NCBI RefSeq assembly: GCF_018977255.1
Contig: NW_024704743.1
Location: forward strand, 108,254,001-108,318,000
Reading direction: 5' to 3'
DNA from: Callorhinchus milii
Taxonomy: Eukaryota
DNA: 64,000 nt
Numbering within the stretch: the stretch's first letter is position 1; each line of letters opens with the position of its first letter. Shown here piece by piece: positions 13,279 to 25,843 of the stretch. The position numbers and the translations under genes were made by a program. The notes under the pieces are model-generated. The model did no database searches. It was not told where the DNA came from and worked only from the letters and a program-made list of their open reading frames with translations.

Positions 13279-13584
13279 TAGTGGAACTCTGTTTTAATGG
13301 GAGTTTGCTTTCAGCACCATTGGGGTGTGAACCATGGCCATTGGTTTATTAAAAAATTCAAAACAGGCGTAAGCTTGCGTGCTTAAAAAAGAGGTCACTT
13401 CATGCCTGTACAGTGAGGAGGAAGTGATTTCGGTTACTGAACTGTTGACCCAGACGTTGACCCGAGGATACCAGTTAGGAAACTCACACATGTTCAGCGA
13501 ATGCGGAAGTGATAATGGTGTTCCATTTTGACACTGGTTGGTATTTTATGGACCCCAACTACTGTGTTTTAACGGGGTGCTATG
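13279..13584. mobile_element. Possible pogo/Tigger-like MITE relic
   Basis: TA|TAGTGGAACTCTGTTTTAATG ... TGTTTTAACGGGGTGCTATG weakly inverted ends. Confidence 0.35.
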
Positions 13585-14313
13585 CATTTCCTGTCGCTGT
13601 CTAAGTGTAAATGAATCGTTTGAGACTCTTAAGTGAAATGTATCATTCGTTCCCCCACCTTATTTTACCTTCTGTCTCCATTCAAATCTCTCAATGCCTT
13701 TGGTTTTGACCGTCCTTTGAAGAAAAGGGCAGGTAGGTGATCACCACCCAGCTCCCTGCAGTGGCTGCTCTGTAATTGGTCACAAGGGACCAGTTACCAC
13801 TTGGATGTTCCCTTCGCCTCTCTCTTTCATTTATGAGGCTTTGAGTGATAGTGCATTGCGGGCTTTCTTTGACTGATGAGGATACCAATGTTCCTGAATA
13901 CAACGCAGTTTCACATCATCACTGATGTAGTACCTCTGTGTGTGTGTGTGTTTGTGCGTTTACGTAGAGGTGACTTTGTACCATATGACTATCACAATAT
14001 AGCTGCTATTGTAAACCAACGCTATGATTAATATTGTTAATCTGAAGCTCTTCTTGATACCAACATGGCCTTCTTGTTATTGTACCTATTTTAAGTTTCA
14101 CAGAGCAGGCAGAGAGAGACAAAAAGAAACTCTGAATGTAACCTGATGTGTAAATGAATTGCAAAAAATATTTCTTAACCTTTCCTTTTGCTTGCTATAC
14201 ATACATATATACAACACACACAAACATGCTTTTATACATACAAAATCCGATACAAAATTACATTTGTATAGTGCCTTTCACTTCAGGAGGATCTCCCAGA
14301 CTGGCATACATGT

Positions 14314-14725
14314 ATGTCAGCCTGACTCCGTTGGTTGCACTGCGTCAGACGGTTGGGACATGAATTCACATAATATAAGCTAACACTCCAATGCAGTGTT
14401 GAAGGTATGTTACATTGTCGGAGGTGGCATCCTACAGGTGAGATGTTAAACCAAGGTCCCATCTGCCTGTTCAGGTGGATGTTAAAGATCCTATAGCACT
14501 ACTCAAAAAGACAAGGGAGTTATTCCCAGTGTCCTGGCTAACAATCGCCAGAAATAAAATTTGATCATTCATTTCACGACTTTATTGTAGGACATTGCTG
14601 TGAATATTTGGGCTGCTGCAATTGCCTACAAATACACAGTCACTACATTTAACCTAATTCATGTGAAGCACTTTGGTTCATCCTCCTGATGTGAAAGACA
14701 TGATACCAAATGCAAGGATTACTAT
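14314..14725 (+). mobile_element. Deu-domain SINE (SacSINE1/AmnSINE1-like), near full length
   Basis: gtcggaggtggcatcc...gagatgttaaaccaaggtcccatctgcctgttcaggtggatgttaaagatcc...gtgtcctggctaaca core recognised as the Deu domain; L2-like tail. Confidence 0.8.
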
Positions 14726-15823
14726 TTGTAATCATTATTCTTACATGCATACACATACACACACACACAAATCTGGAGTTTTAGAAATGTCAGTGCTTAA
14801 AATTTATTTTCACATCCAATTTTCTTCCCTTCACTCCTCAATACACTGAGACATTGGGGTATATTTCCTCGGCTGACATCAGATAATGCAGCAAAGATGG
14901 AGAGAGAGGGATGGAAGCGAAATACGACCTTGGATATCTTGGGTCTGTGTAGCTGAGCTTTACTCTGACTTTTCCAACTGATCCATCAGTTCGCTTCAGC
15001 ATTCAATTGTAATGCACAATTGTAAAGTGTTTGCAGATGGCAGTCTTGTCAGTGACAGAGCTCCTGCAGCTTGAAATGTAACACAACGCAGGGAAGAGAA
15101 ACATCCAAATGCTAACGTATGCGTACTTTGTTAACTCATGGAGAAAGCTTGTTTTGCCCATGATCGTGTCTTTAGTTTGCTTTGATGCATCCTGTCAATT
15201 GATATTTCGCCCACAAAATATACAATTCGCTTTACAGTATATTCTGTGAAGCGTTTGGAGATGTCTCAACGACATGATAAGGAGTTACATCAAATGCAAG
15301 GACTACTATTATTATATTATTATTCTTTTCTTCATCACGCTTTCCTCTAATCTACAAAGAGCTTTTCAAAATTGTTTTAGGAAATTGCAGTTTGTGGTCA
15401 GTTTGTGGATGTGGGTTATTCCCGAGTGTGAGATTGCGGGAATGCTAGCTGGTTTGCTGACATTGTGCTAAATCTCCGAGCTGATTTTCCAACAAATTCT
15501 TTCAATGGCTCCTCTGTGGACCACACACCAGGAGCTGGATGTTTACACCCAAAAAAATGTAAAGCAATGGCCTTGACATTTTACATGCAAGCAGTAGTAA
15601 ATCATCTGTAAATTTGCAGAAAGGATCATTGTACAGTACGTTGTACAATAAGAGATTGTTTACGATTTACCAGGGTCGGCAGTTGGAGCAGAGTCAACAG
15701 GAGACTTTGAAAAGGAATTGGATTAGAGGATATGGGGAAAGATCAGGGAATTGAGATTAGGATGGATGGTTACTTTGATGCACAATCACCGACACAAAAA
15801 AAAGGAATTTCAACAATGTTTAC

Positions 15824-16138
15824 ATAATAATAATAATAACCCTTGCATTTGATATAGCTCTTTTCACGTCTTCGAGACGTTTCAAAGCGTTTCACAGAAT
15901 ATACTGTAAAGTGAATTGACTGTATATTTTGTGGGCGAAACGTGGCAGCCAATTGCGTACAGCAGTGTCCCACAAACAGTCGTGGATTGAGTGACCAAAT
16001 TATTATTGTTTTTTTTGGTTGAGGGATTATTATCAGGCATGTGGATTAAGGAAACTTGCTCAAGGTTTCGTCCTGCCAGGAATCAAACCCAGTTCTCTCG
16101 CTTGCGAGACAAGTGCTCTAACCACTGAGCTACAGGAC
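15824..16138 (-). mobile_element. Young tRNA-headed SINE
   Basis: Reverse complement of the 12034 element. Confidence 0.92.
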
Positions 16139-16207
16139 ATACTAGCATTGCATACAATCCTACAGACTACATTGGAGAAGACACTCTGCCTGGGTCTATT
16201 TCAGAGC

Positions 16208-16622
16208 AACAGCACCAAAGTTACATCTGTATAGTGCCTTTCACGTCGGGAGGACATCCCAAGGCACTGGACAGTCAGTGTTTCGGACCCAAGCTGGGAG
16301 TTGGGATCGGGGAGGGTGAAGGGCAGCGGGGGAAGAGGGTGACCAAAGGCACGTTCGAAGTGGAGGGTCTTGAGAGGGGCCTTGAAGGAGGTAAGGGAGG
16401 GGGTGAGGCAGAAGGACTGCAGGATGGAGTTCCAGAGGGTGGGGACAGAGTGGCTGAAGGCCCGCTCGACAATGGTGGGACGGGCGAGGTGGTGGATGTG
16501 AAGCAGGCCGGAGCCCGCAAACGGAGGGATCGGGCAGGCTGGTAAGAGGTTAGAAGGTCGCAGAGACAGGGAGGAGCAAGACCATGGAGGGCTGTGAAGG
16601 TGAGGACCTGGATCTTGAACTG
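16208..16622 (-). mobile_element. L2 LINE 3' fragment (subfamily A)
   Basis: FKIQVLTFTALHGLAPPCLCDLL...ARSLR; same 3' tail as the 1041 copy. Confidence 0.88.
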
Positions 16623-16899
16623 TAACACCAAATTCCTCAATGCACTTTTAATTTGAAAGAACCACTTTTTAAGAACCATAGAAAAACGGATTCAGAGTTA
16701 AGACTGAATTTAACAATTTGCCTAATTTTAATCTTACCTGATTTAATAACCAGATCGCCAAAATCGCTATGGAAGGTTAACTTGATTCGGATATTCCATT
16801 GCTGAGCATGTCACCTTGGTGTTACCTCAGGCCACAAAAACCCCAAATCGCCCGAAAAGAGAACGGAGTTTATCACTTCAAATTACAGAATTCAACTGC

Positions 16900-17120
16900 A
16901 CAATACAACAACAACAAATTACATTTGTATAGCGCCTTTCACATCAGGAGGAAGTCCCAAGGTGCTGGATAGTGAGGGATCCGCAACTGAGCTGGTGGTT
17001 GGAATCAGGAACAGTGGAGGGCGGGGAGGATAGGGGTAGGAGGGTGACCAAAGATACAGTCGAAGAGGAGGGTCTTGAGAAGGGGCTTGAAAGAGGCAAG
17101 GGAGGGGGCGAGGTGGACGG
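16900..17120 (-). mobile_element. L2 LINE 3' fragment (subfamily A)
   Basis: LAPSLASFKPLLKTLLFD ORF2 end, shared tail, (AAC)n. Confidence 0.85.
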
Positions 17121-17284
17121 AGTATGATGACAGTTTGCAGTGATTTCTGTGAAGCGCTTTGAGACGTCCTCCTGACATGAAAGTCACGATATCAAATGCA
17201 AACTATTTTTAGCTTTGTTTACTCTGTTATGAGGATGTCTGACTCTTCATTCATAAATCTTCTTTAGGATTGGAGAATGCTGCA

Positions 17285-17592
17285 TCCTGTAGCTCAGTGG
17301 TTAGAGCACTCGCTTTGCAAGCGAGACACCTGGGTTCAATTCCAGGCAGAGGGCGAAATCTTGGGCAAATTTCCTTATTCCACACGCCTAATAATAATCC
17401 CTCCAAAACCAAAAACAATAATAAATTGGTCATTTTCAATCTACGACTGTTTGTGGGACATTGCTGTGCGCAAATGGCTGCCGCGTTCGCCCACAAATAT
17501 ACAGTCAATTCACTTTAGAGTGTGTTCTGTGAAGCGCTTTGGGACTCCTCCCGACGTGAAAAGCGCTATATCAAATTATTATTATTATTATT
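17285..17592 (+). mobile_element. Young tRNA-headed SINE
   Basis: Highly similar to the 12034 and 61197 copies. Confidence 0.92.
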
Positions 17593-17794
17593 ACCTTGGA
17601 TTATCACACAGTGAACCAAAGCATAGGTGCAATGTGATGACTAAGACACGAGGCCTGTAGAGAAATTACATAGGATTTCTTCAGTAGTAAGAAACACCTT
17701 TATTTATTTCTCTACCAGCAGACACAAATGAACATCGAAACAGCTCAACGGGCAGTTCTGATAAATTCGCTGCAAAGTGTAGTGGCTAAACTCC

Positions 17795-18033
17795 CTTCTT
17801 TTTTCAAATAATGCCATGGGATCTTTAAAGTCCAGGTGAACAGGCAGACAGAACCTCGATTTAACACCTTATCCGAAGGACTGCACCTCTGACAATGCCC
17901 TCAGTACTGTATCGCACTGACAGCCTAAACTGTGAACTCAAAGATCTAACGTGGAGCTTGAACCCGCGACCTTCTGACTTTTACAATCTTCTGACTCAGA
18001 GGCAAAAGTGTTACCAACTGAGCCAGGTGACAC
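17795..18033 (-). mobile_element. Deu-domain SINE, 5' half
   Basis: gccatgggatcttt...tgaacaggcagac...actgagccaggtgacac. Other partial copies at ~20-275, 2612-2755, 4255-4520, 20435-20862, 26145-26420, 35460-35625, 53945-54340 and 62260-62530. Confidence 0.78.
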
Positions 18034-18056
18034 CTAAATCTGCAGATTCAGTGATG

Positions 18057-18070
18057 CCAGCAGATGGCGC
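18057..18070 (+). promoter_or_regulatory. Candidate CTCF site
   Basis: CCAGCAGATGGCGC core with TGCAG upstream-motif-like sequence at 18041. Confidence 0.55.
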
Positions 18071-18532
18071 CTGGCAGTGTGTGCTGGACAATGTGCAGAC
18101 TGTGGTATGTTTCTTTATGAAGAGTCTTGGCTGTGAAAGTTGAGGCAGGCTGAGTAATTTCTCACCCAGGAACAGCATCTTTTGGGATGACTGTTTGGTG
18201 ACTTAAAGCCATTTTATTGACATCTTCACCGAACGCAGTTCCGCTATTGCCAGTTTACTGGGTTCACCAGCCTTCGTTGTGGCTGATGTTTGTTTCATTT
18301 CATCATTCCCTCCATTGGCACAAGTCTGTATTTACATTTCAACAAAGTCAACTCCAGATGGCATTCACTTATGTTTCTGTTTTTTTTACCATCTTTACTT
18401 TTGGCTTAGGCGGTAACATTTTACAACCGTATGTCAACTCAGCAATAAAACCCCAATAAATCAGAGGACTGAAAACCTCTTAGCTTTAAAAATGGTCTTA
18501 GAATTATGGACTGATTGAAATTTGCAGCAACA

Positions 18533-18810
18533 TCATGCATTTATGTAGCTTCCTTTATCTAGGATAGTGTCTCAGAGTGCTGCTGTACAGTGGCGGGGAA
18601 TGGATAGCATGACCCCAAAGAAGGGAAAAGGAGACAGGGAGGTGACCATAGACGCAGCTGAAGAGGTAGTTTTCAAGTGGGATTTAGAACTAGATAAAAT
18701 AGGCGGTGAGGTGGAGGAATTGAGGAAGGCAGTTCCGGAGTTTAGGGTTGTAATGACTGAAGACTCAGCCACCGACATTGACACGAAGGGGGCGGGGGAT
18801 GCCCAAGAGG
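18533..18810 (-). mobile_element. L2 LINE 3' fragment (subfamily B-like)
   Basis: Reverse complement resembles the subfamily B ORF2 end and tail. Confidence 0.7.
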
Positions 18811-19109
18811 CCTGTTCTAATATTCAGCCCATCAGGCCTACTCTCAGACCAAGCTGCATTTTCAATCCCATTTCCCTGCCCTATGCCCTTACATCTTTCA
18901 CCCACAAAATTAACAGTCAACTCACTTTACAATATATCCTGAGACATCTCAAAGATGTGATAAGGTGCTATATCAACTGCAAGGGTTATTATAATTATTA
19001 TCCTCAAGCCTCTGTCATTCATACACCTGTCTATCTCCCTCCTGAAACTCACAAGGGCCTCTGCCTCTCCCACCTTACTTTGGCAGGGCATTCCACATCC
19101 CAATGACTC

Positions 19110-19290
19110 TCTAAGAAAAACAATTGTCTTAAAATTGAAGTTTGTACAGAATTTAGGAACATTCTTAGATTTACCCTTAATTTGGAAGCCAGCTCTTTAT
19201 AAGAACTGCAGAAAACCAGCCTCCAAATTAAAACTAAATGTTCCAAAATTCTGCACAATGTTCAGTTTAAAGACAACCTTTAGTCTTAAG
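19110..19290. mobile_element. Foldback/palindromic MITE-like element
   Basis: Arms 19124-19163 and 19237-19276 match 34/40 as inverted repeats; inner arms match 12/13. Confidence 0.8.
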
Positions 19291-19604
19291 GTTACACATC
19301 CCTCAGCTCCTCCACTTTATCATCGGTAGATGTGCTTTTCAGTCACTACAACCTGAAACTCTCGAACGTTCTGCCTCAATCCCTCCACCTTGCCCCCTTC
19401 TCACATCTTAAGGCCTTCCTCTTTAACTGTGCCTATGGTCACCTTGCCTCTCTCTCCAACTCAGTGTCAGGTTCTGTCACTGTTCAGCAGTCTGAGACAC
19501 TACCCCACGTGAATGGTGCTATATAAATGCAAGTTGCTGTTGAGAAGTGCTTAGGTCCGCAATCTGACAGGAGCATTAGCTAAATTACAATAAGCATAAA
19601 TTCA

Positions 19605-20190
19605 AAAGATCACAAGATTGGTTTGGATGAAGAAGTCCTTCGACCCATCTGATCTTATCCTTCCAAAACACCCAGCCTCCCCTCCCCACATCATTGCGTT
19701 ACATGAGTCCAGTGTCATGACACTCTTCCTGGCATACTGTTCCAGTCATTGATTATCCTCTGCGTAAATAAAAACTTTCTGGTGTCTGTCCTGAAATTGG
19801 TCATCGCAACTCCAAACCTATGTACTCTTGTTTTACTGTAATGATACATCCCAAAAGTATCGATCTGGGTTTACTTTTTCAATCCAAAATTCTTTTTTTC
19901 ACTATGGGGATCTCCCTAAGTCACCTTCTCACAAGACTGATGAGCCCTAGCTTGTCTACTTGTTACTCATAGCTCATTTCTCTAACACTCGGATTATGCT
20001 CCTTGCTCTCCTCTGCACCGCCTCTCGGGCCTGAGCCGCTCCTTATATCGCGGTGACCAGAGTTATATGAAGGGATTCAAGGTGTGGTCTGGTCGGTGCA
20101 CTGTACAGCCTGAGAATGACATCTGGGCATCTAAACTCAACTGATTTGGCAATATAGCCTAGCATCCTGTTTGCCATGTCTGTTGTTGCT
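19605..20190 (-). mobile_element. CR1-clade LINE 3' fragment
   Basis: Reverse strand RPHLE.../YE*QVDKLGLISLVRR*LRGD-like; 3' end atcacaagattggtttggatgaagaa shared with shorter copies at ~11745-11950, 36790-36990, 43560-43690, 48715-48870 and 50560-50775. Confidence 0.82.
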
Positions 20191-22074
20191 TCACATTATT
20201 TGAGAAAAAAAAGCATATGAAACGGCATTATAGAGTGGAGGTTATTCTCCACTTTTCAAGAAATGCATTGATTCCAGTGTTTGTATGTGTCTTATTCTCT
20301 CTGGACAATACATTTTGCTAATAGAGGTATCACACGTTACCAAGGTCAGCGTATTTACTTTCAAATAGGAGAGAGGAGCCCCTTCTGCGTTGAATCTTGA
20401 TGGAGGGCAATCAGGCAGAGTTCTGGATTAAATAAATAATACTTGCATTTGATCTAGCGCTTTATCCTGTTAAAGTGTCTCAAAAAGCTTCACACGTAAT
20501 TGCTTTGAAGTTCATTGACAGTCATTAGGTAGGTAAAATTCAGTAGCGAATCAGTGCCAGCAATATGTGGTGAGCAGCAGTGGGATGAATGGACTATTAA
20601 TCTGTTTTTTAATGGTCGTAGTGGCTAGGACACTAGGATAACTCCATACTTGTCTTTAAAATAATGTCAAAGGATCTTTAACATTCACCTGAGCAATCAC
20701 ATGTATACTAATTTAATTTTTCACCCAAAGGACACCACCTCCAATACTGCAGCACTTCTCCAATTCTGTCGGGGAGGGTTTTGATCCTGAGATCAAGGAT
20801 GCAGGTGATGGGTTCAAAGCCACAGCCTTCTGACCTACAGACCTTGCAACTGAGCCGAACTGACAAATTTTGGTAGAAGCCACAGTAACTCAATAGAATC
20901 TCATTATAAAATGGTTTGATCATACCCTTACAACACGGTGAGATCAAGCGTATTCTCAGGTCAGTGCACTGTTTATGCGTGCGGAAAGCCAGCCAGCTTC
21001 CCATGCTAAAAAATGGCAAGGTCACTTCCTGCACCCTGCGTATATACACTACGAGTGGGAAGCTTCCCAAGCTAAAAAATTGATGATTTTCAGGTCATCA
21101 TGTCAACATAACTTTCTGTGTAGAGCCCACGGTCAATCCATTTTACAGTATATTGTACGAAGCGCTTTGAGACGCCTTGAAGACATGATAAGGGGCTATA
21201 TCAAATGCAAGGATAGTTATTATAGCTCAGGGAGTGATATTAGCAGTGACCTTGGCTAGTCCACACGTGGAAAACAACATTTCACATTCACGGGATTATT
21301 TTTCCTGTTGGAAAGGAGCAGAAAAAGACAGCATGAATGTAAAAGATTTATTAACAGGTATTTTATCATCAAACTAATGGCATCTTGTGAGGGGGATGAC
21401 AGTGTTGATTTAAGCAGTTTTAAACAACGTGTGTTTTATTTTTGTTATTTGCTTTATTCGGAGAGCAATTCTAAAACGTGAGGCCGCCCAGAAGTAAACT
21501 ACATTATTTTCGGTTTCCAAACTATCACTGATATAATCTAACTGGCTCTATTTCACACATCAAATCTCCACGGTATTACATTCGCAAACTATTTGATTGT
21601 CTACCTGATATTCTTGTATCTCTTTGACCGTGCCTATGGCTACTTCCCCTCTCCCTCCACATGTCTCTTCCTTCGAACAGGATCTGTCCATACCTCAAAG
21701 ACGTTATTTTATACAAAGAGCGCTGTGTAAATGCAGGATGTTGTTGTTGTGACCTTCAGTCTGATTCTTAATCGACTATTATCCAGTTTTTGTGTTAAAT
21801 TGTTAATTGACATGGGAACTAATTAATTCTGGGAAAGCTTCATAACCGTTATTTGTGGGAGAGAAAATTCCTCCAAATCTCTTTTTAGTTTTTTTTATCC
21901 ATTTGCTGAAGGACATTCTTTTGTCAAATAAAGTATTTACAACTCTATTCAACTCAACCCCTGGCTACGACAACAACAACGTGCATTTACATGGTGCCCC
22001 TCACGTAGGGAAGAGTCCCAGAGTGGTTCAGTTGTGGCACCAATAAATATAATTTACACCAAACTCCGCTCCCC

Positions 22075-22518
22075 GATTACCCCAGTCCTTGCAGACTGCA
22101 CTGGCTGCCTATCCCAGACAGGATCGACTTCAAGATCCTCATCCTTGTCTTCAAATCCCTCCACTCCTCTGCACCCCCCCTACCTCCTCTGACCTCCTCT
22201 TTCCTCAAAACAGTGCCCGTTGCCTTTGTTGCACCAGTACTGGCCTCCTCCTTGTCCCCCGAGTTCTCCGCTCCACCCTCGGCGGCCGTGCCTTCAGCCA
22301 CTAAGGCCCGAGGCTCTGGAACTCTCTTCCTCACTCCCTTCACCTCACCCCCTGTCTTCCTATTTTCAGGTCTCTGCTGAAGACCTTTCTTTTCGACCGC
22401 TCCTTTGGTCACCTTCCTCCGCCTCGCTCTGGCTCGGCCCCAGGATCCGTTACTGTGAAGCGCTCTGAGACACCGTCCGGTGTGGAGGGCGCTATATAAA
22501 TCCAAGTTGTTGTTGTTG
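22075..22518 (+). mobile_element. L2 LINE 3' fragment (older subfamily B)
   Basis: LHWLPIPDRIDFKILILVFKSL...LGGRAFSH; tail gtggagggcgctatataaatccaagttgttgttg. Confidence 0.88.
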
Positions 22519-22829
22519 TAATTATATTACAAGGTGTTCTCTCTTCCACCATTTCCAAATCCAAACCTGATTAATTCATGACTCTTAATCTTCTTCTAAA
22601 TCCTCACAGGTTGAACTTTTATGAAAAGCCTTGTAAAGAATTTAATACTTCAGCATTCTTTGCGAGTCATTTCCGTTTAACATTTACCAATAACTCTAAG
22701 CATGTCCTCACCCATACACACCACACTATTCATATTTTCTGGTATTATTTCTCCTGAGTGTGCAGTATATGGTGGTTTGTGTTGAATTCCAAGTTACTGT
22801 CCCAAAACATTGTCAATTTCTGTTCATTT

Positions 22830-23310
22830 CAGAGGAGATGTACCAGGATGGTACCAGGAATGAGGGACTTTAGTTATCAGTGGAGGCTAGAGAAGCTAGG
22901 ATTATTTTTTTCTTGGAGCAGAGAAGGTTAAGAGGAGACTTAATAGAATCTTTCAAAATTATGAAGGTATCTGATAGGGTGAACAAGGAGAAACTATTTC
23001 CACTGACGGTGGGTCGGTAACCCGAAGACACCAATTTAAAATAGTTGTTAAAAGAAACAGAGGGGAGGTGAGGAGAAATTTTTTTACACAGCGAGTTATT
23101 CAGCTCGGAAATGCATTGTTTGACAGGGTGGTGGAAGGTGATTCGATAACAGCTTTTAAGAAAGAAGTAGATAATTATTTGGGGAGGACAAGTTTGCAGG
23201 GCTATGCGGAGAGCAAAAGGGAGTGGGATTGAATTGATAGCTCTTTTCAAAGGGCCAACACAGACATGATGGGCCGAATGGCCTCCTTTTGTGCTGTATA
23301 ATTCTAGGAT
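22830..23310 (+). mobile_element. CR1-clade LINE 3' fragment
   Basis: QRRCTRMVPGMRDFSYQWRLEKLGLF/LEQRRLRGDLIESFKIMK...KEKLFPL; 3' end gatgggccgaatggcctcct...gtgctgt. Confidence 0.9.
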
Positions 23311-24918
23311 TTCAACCCTTGTGGATCCTTTGGCTAGATTTCCCATTCCAGACGATATTGCAAGCAAAATATTTGTCCAATTTGATCCCAGTCATCTCAC
23401 TGAAGGAAAGAGTAGGTTTGAAACCAATAACTAAACAGCTTTGCTTGCAGGAATGTTCCTGTATACTTCTTGTTTTCGGAAAGGTAGATTGGATGATGAT
23501 TACGCGCATTGAACAGACTTAAACAGACAGCCCCACATTTAATGTTGTGATAGTAAAGATAAGCTTCTAGCAGTGTACATCCAATGTGTCCTATGCCAAG
23601 ATCACATTCTGATGTCGTTATCACTCACTCTCTGTACTATGTATCCATGAGGGAGATGAGAATAGAGGGTTATAGGTGAGAGGATTAGGAGCGAAGGAGG
23701 GCTTGTGCGGGGTATAAACATCAGCATAAGCACCTATCACTCTGTGTAACTCTATATCTAAATGAGGGAGAAGAGAGGTGATCGGCAAAGGAGAGGGGAT
23801 TAGGAGAGGTGGAAGCTCATGTGGAATATAAATACTGTCATGCACCAGTTGAGCCAAATGGCTTGCTGTAACATTCTGCGTTATTTTCTCTATATTATAT
23901 TTAAGTTGTAATTTAATTTTCCAGTAAAAATATTAATATTTGTGTAATATTTGTAATATGTGTATTTCAATGTAATATTTGCATTTAAATATTGCCAACC
24001 ACATTCATACAGCATCCTTATTACATTATTAATATTACATTTCTGACAAGAATATCTACATCATTCCAGTATTACAGCAAACTATACACTATTCAGACCT
24101 GGATGTATACATGTCTGGCTCCCCTATCTCCCAGCTACTTATCACAATTCCTTAAAAAAAGTCAATTTTTTTTATATGTAGGTTATTTTACGGATTTATA
24201 TCATGAGTGCAGGTGTTAGCAGGAGACCCGAGCCACACAGAAATTCACCAAAATGTCACTTTGCTTCAGCAGAGATAGCAGGCAAGCTAAACTGAAGTGA
24301 AATTGAGGTCAAATAAATGATCTTGAATAAAACTGACTTTACACCATTGATCTTGCACATGATAAATTGTTGCTGGAGTAAATGAAATTGGTTTTCTGTG
24401 CAGTAAGGTAAACTTAAGGCAGGATTTGATATTAGGTAGGATGTATTGTCAGGGCCATTGGGAGGTCCGAGTGAAACACAAGTGGTGTTCTGTAACAAGA
24501 GTTCTTTCACATTTATGGCAGGAAATCTATATTCTGTGGAAACCAAAATAACTTGTTTAAGGGAACGAAAGGCAGAGGCTTTGTTCTAGAGACCAGGAAT
24601 CAACAAATCATTCTCCTGAAGTAAAGACCATTCAGTCTCACAGCTGACATTAAGGATACATTTTAAACCACACTTTCTGCACTGTTCCTGAATTTAGCAC
24701 CGCTGATGATTGAGGAATCAATGTTTAGAAATATTGTATTGGAATTTTGACTCCAAGAATTTTTCCTCCTGTTCCTAGTAAATGCAGTGTTTGTGNTTTT
24801 TTGTTTAACACTGTATTAGGTACATGGTGTTCAGAAAGAGCTGTCATGTAGCAGTAAAACTCTACAAAATGTGGTCACTAAAATATTGATAAAAATACAG
24901 AAATTCTATGTAATTTGA

Positions 24919-25311
<393 letters not shown>

Positions 25312-25649
25312 TGACTCAATTGCACTCACTTGGATTTCATTATCCCCAATGGACTTTTTATAGGTTTATGAATAAAAGTAAACATGTGGATCCATTTGGT
25401 GTAACAGAGCAGCTGTTATACTAGGTGATATGGTGAGTCAGCACGCTGTCTTAAACTGACCCTCCTCCTCTGTCTCAATCTCTCCTGGTGTTACACCTCG
25501 CCATCCCCAGTCTGTGTTGGCTCTGGTGGGAAGAAATGTGATGTGATATGAAGGGGAGTGTGAGAGTGTTGTGTAGGGTCTTGCAGAAGCAAAATAAGCC
25601 TTGACTCGTGGAGTATTAACAGGCATAAAATCAGCCAGGATTCCAGCTT

Positions 25650-25843
25650 CTGATCCCTACCCGGTGACATTACTGCTGATCCCTACCCAGTGACATTACT
25701 CCTGATCCCTACCCAGTGAACTGCTCCTGATCACTATATAGTGACATTGATCCTGATCACTATATAGTAACTGTGCTGCTAATCACTATAGAGTGACTGT
25801 GCTCCTGATCACCACCCAATGACTGTGCTCCTGATCACCACCC
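25650..25843 (+). repeat. 26-bp minisatellite, ~7.5 units
   Basis: Units start at 25650, 25676, 25702, 25727, 25753, 25779, 25805 and 25831; consensus CTGATCMCTAYMYAGTGACWKTRCTC. Confidence 0.9.

Noticed and set aside
13310..13326. REST/RE1 site (TTCAGCACC, also at 35276)
   Set aside because: Only the left half-site; the GGACAG half is absent.
25650..25843. CRISPR-like repeat array
   Set aside because: Head-to-tail units with no unique spacers, no cas genes, vertebrate intron; it is a minisatellite.
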